From a virus, in the IMG/VR virus record IMGVR_UViG_3300027759_000003, positions 1-64,000 of that record: 64,000 nucleotides of DNA. One strand, 5' to 3'. The position numbers were made by a program, and so were the translations under genes. Under the pieces are notes generated by a model. That model made no database searches. It was not told where the DNA came from and saw nothing but the letters and a program-made list of their open reading frames with translations. Positions 62,826 to 64,000 of this stretch are shown in pieces (the stretch's first letter is position 1; the number at the start of each line of letters is the position of its first letter).

Positions 62826-63705
62826 TTTGTATCCACTCTACTAATGATACCTTTGGTATCCATCCAGTTAGATCTTTAAACTTGGCGTTAGAGGCAAGAG
62901 TTTCTTGCACTTCACCAATTCTTGGCGGTATAAATTTAATATCATTTGAAATCATATTAGCAATATCAAGTATAGCGTAGTTACTTCCATACCCAATGTT
63001 ATATACTTCACCAAACCCACTTTTAACTTCAGATGCAAGTATGTTTGCTTGTACTACGTCTGATATATGGGTAAAATCTCTACGCTGAGAACCATCTCCA
63101 ACTACTGTTAGTGGCTTTGACTCATGATGTTGTTTAAAAAATAGTCCTATTACTGGTGCATACTGCCCCTTTAATGGTTGTCTATCTCCGTAAACATTAA
63201 AATATCTAAGCGATATAGTCTTTAATCCGTAAAGGTTGTGATAAACTCTTGCAAGGTTTTCACCAAAGACTTTAGCAGCAGAATATGGGGTTAATGGATC
63301 AGGTGATTGTGTTTCTTGGTTTGGAAGCAAAGCCTTTTTGCCATAAGAAGAGGATGTGCTTGAATAGATTAGTCTATCTACCTTGTTAACCCTGCAAAGT
63401 TCAAGAACATTGGCTGTTCCTACTGCGTTTGATTGAATAGATTTTTTTGGATTTAATATTGCTGGCTGTATTCTTGCATCAGATGCTACGTGAAATACGC
63501 AGTCAACATCTTTAAAGAGTGGTGCAATTAGGTCATAATCACAAATGTCATGCTTATAATTTTGTGCTTTATCATTCCAATAGAACTGCTCATGACATTC
63601 TGCAGACTCATCATCAATGCAAATAACATCGTGACCAAGACTAATTAACTTATCAACAAGGTTTGATCCAATAAAACCAGCACCACCAGTAACTAAATAT
63701 TTCAT
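62818..63705 (-). CDS. NAD-dependent nucleotide-sugar epimerase/dehydratase (extended SDR)
   Basis: VTGGAGFIGS, SSTSSSYG, YSAAK, RYFNVYG, GDGSQRRDF; start MKYLV at 63705. Confidence 0.93.
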   Translation of the reverse strand: MKYLVTGGAGFIGSNLVDKLISLGHDVICIDDESAECHEQFYWNDKAQNYKHDICDYDLIAPLFKDVDCVFHVASDARIQPAILNPKKSIQSNAVGTANVLELCRVNKVDRLIYSSTSSSYGKKALLPNQETQSPDPLTPYSAAKVFGENLARVYHNLYGLKTISLRYFNVYGDRQPLKGQYAPVIGLFFKQHHESKPLTVVGDGSQRRDFTHISDVVQANILASEVKSGFGEVYNIGYGSNYAILDIANMISNDIKFIPPRIGEVQETLASNAKFKDLTGWIPKVSLVEWIQND

Positions 63706-63999
63706 TTTATGTTTAGAGTTTCTAATATGCTTGCCCATCTATGAACATATGTATGTTCTTTTTTAGTCCGCTCATGACCAGCAATCCTTATTTCTTCTCT
63801 GGTTAATCCATCTAAGATGTAGTAATCTATTTTTTGTTTAAGGTCTTCAAGATTACCATGCTCATAAAATATAATTTCTTTACCATCTTCAAAATATTTA
63901 TCAAGTCCTTTGATGCGGGGATAGATAGTAAAACCACCACGACCAGTGCTTTCAAATAGTCTATCGCTTGTATAGTATGGATAGTTAAAGTTTATGTTT
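63702..63999 (-). CDS. CgeB/YkvP-like glycosyltransferase, C-terminal part (truncated by window edge)
   Basis: Reads ...YTSDRLFESTGRGGF..YFEDGKEIIFY..KIDYY..REEIRIAGHER..HTYVHRW; TGA overlaps the epimerase ATG. Confidence 0.8.
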   Translation of the reverse strand, partial: NINFNYPYYTSDRLFESTGRGGFTIYPRIKGLDKYFEDGKEIIFYEHGNLEDLKQKIDYYILDGLTREEIRIAGHERTKKEHTYVHRWASILETLNIK

Positions 64000-64000
64000 A

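Noticed and set aside
1-64000. Stop-codon reassignment, integrase/att site, diversity-generating retroelement or replication-origin iterons
   Set aside because: Genes read through cleanly in the standard code with TAA, TAG and TGA all used as stops; no integrase, reverse transcriptase, template/variable repeat pair or iteron array was seen in this window.

Overview
This window is 64 kb of an AT-rich, large siphovirus-type tailed phage genome that uses the standard genetic code. The host is almost certainly an actinobacterium: the phage has a WhiB gene, many leaderless genes and an actinophage-type holin. A signal-peptide surface protein suggests freshwater acI/Nanopelagicales-like hosts, but that is an inference. 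Gene order on the + strand: partial tail-fibre gene; class II (B12) ribonucleotide reductase; head, neck and tail module with a 2491-aa tape measure; replication/recombination module (DnaB, DnaG, SSB, DnaE, RecA, Cas4-like nuclease, two resolvases); terminase; secreted/membrane surface proteins; CHAP endolysin; Ntn protease; four tRNAs; Hsp20 and small accessory genes; WhiB; holin. A convergent minus-strand glycosylation cluster closes the window. Main candidate novelties: (1) two orphan proteins at 55.5-56.9 kb end in the same K-[SV]-x(0,1)-W-x-x-[SR]-x(0,1)-F peptide as the prohead protease/scaffold, and one has repeated K|S/A sites between modules, suggesting a scaffold-mimic capsid cargo-loading system; (2) the usual frameshifted tail-chaperone pair G/GT appears replaced by a gene duplication with different expression signals; (3) a host-surface remodelling module (S-layer-like protein, giant anchored adhesin plus small membrane partner, spanin-like lipoprotein pair, glycosyltransferases, matching tRNAs); (4) structured RNA elements flanking hsp20, including a clean H-type pseudoknot. 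All family calls come from motif recognition by eye; no database searches were run.
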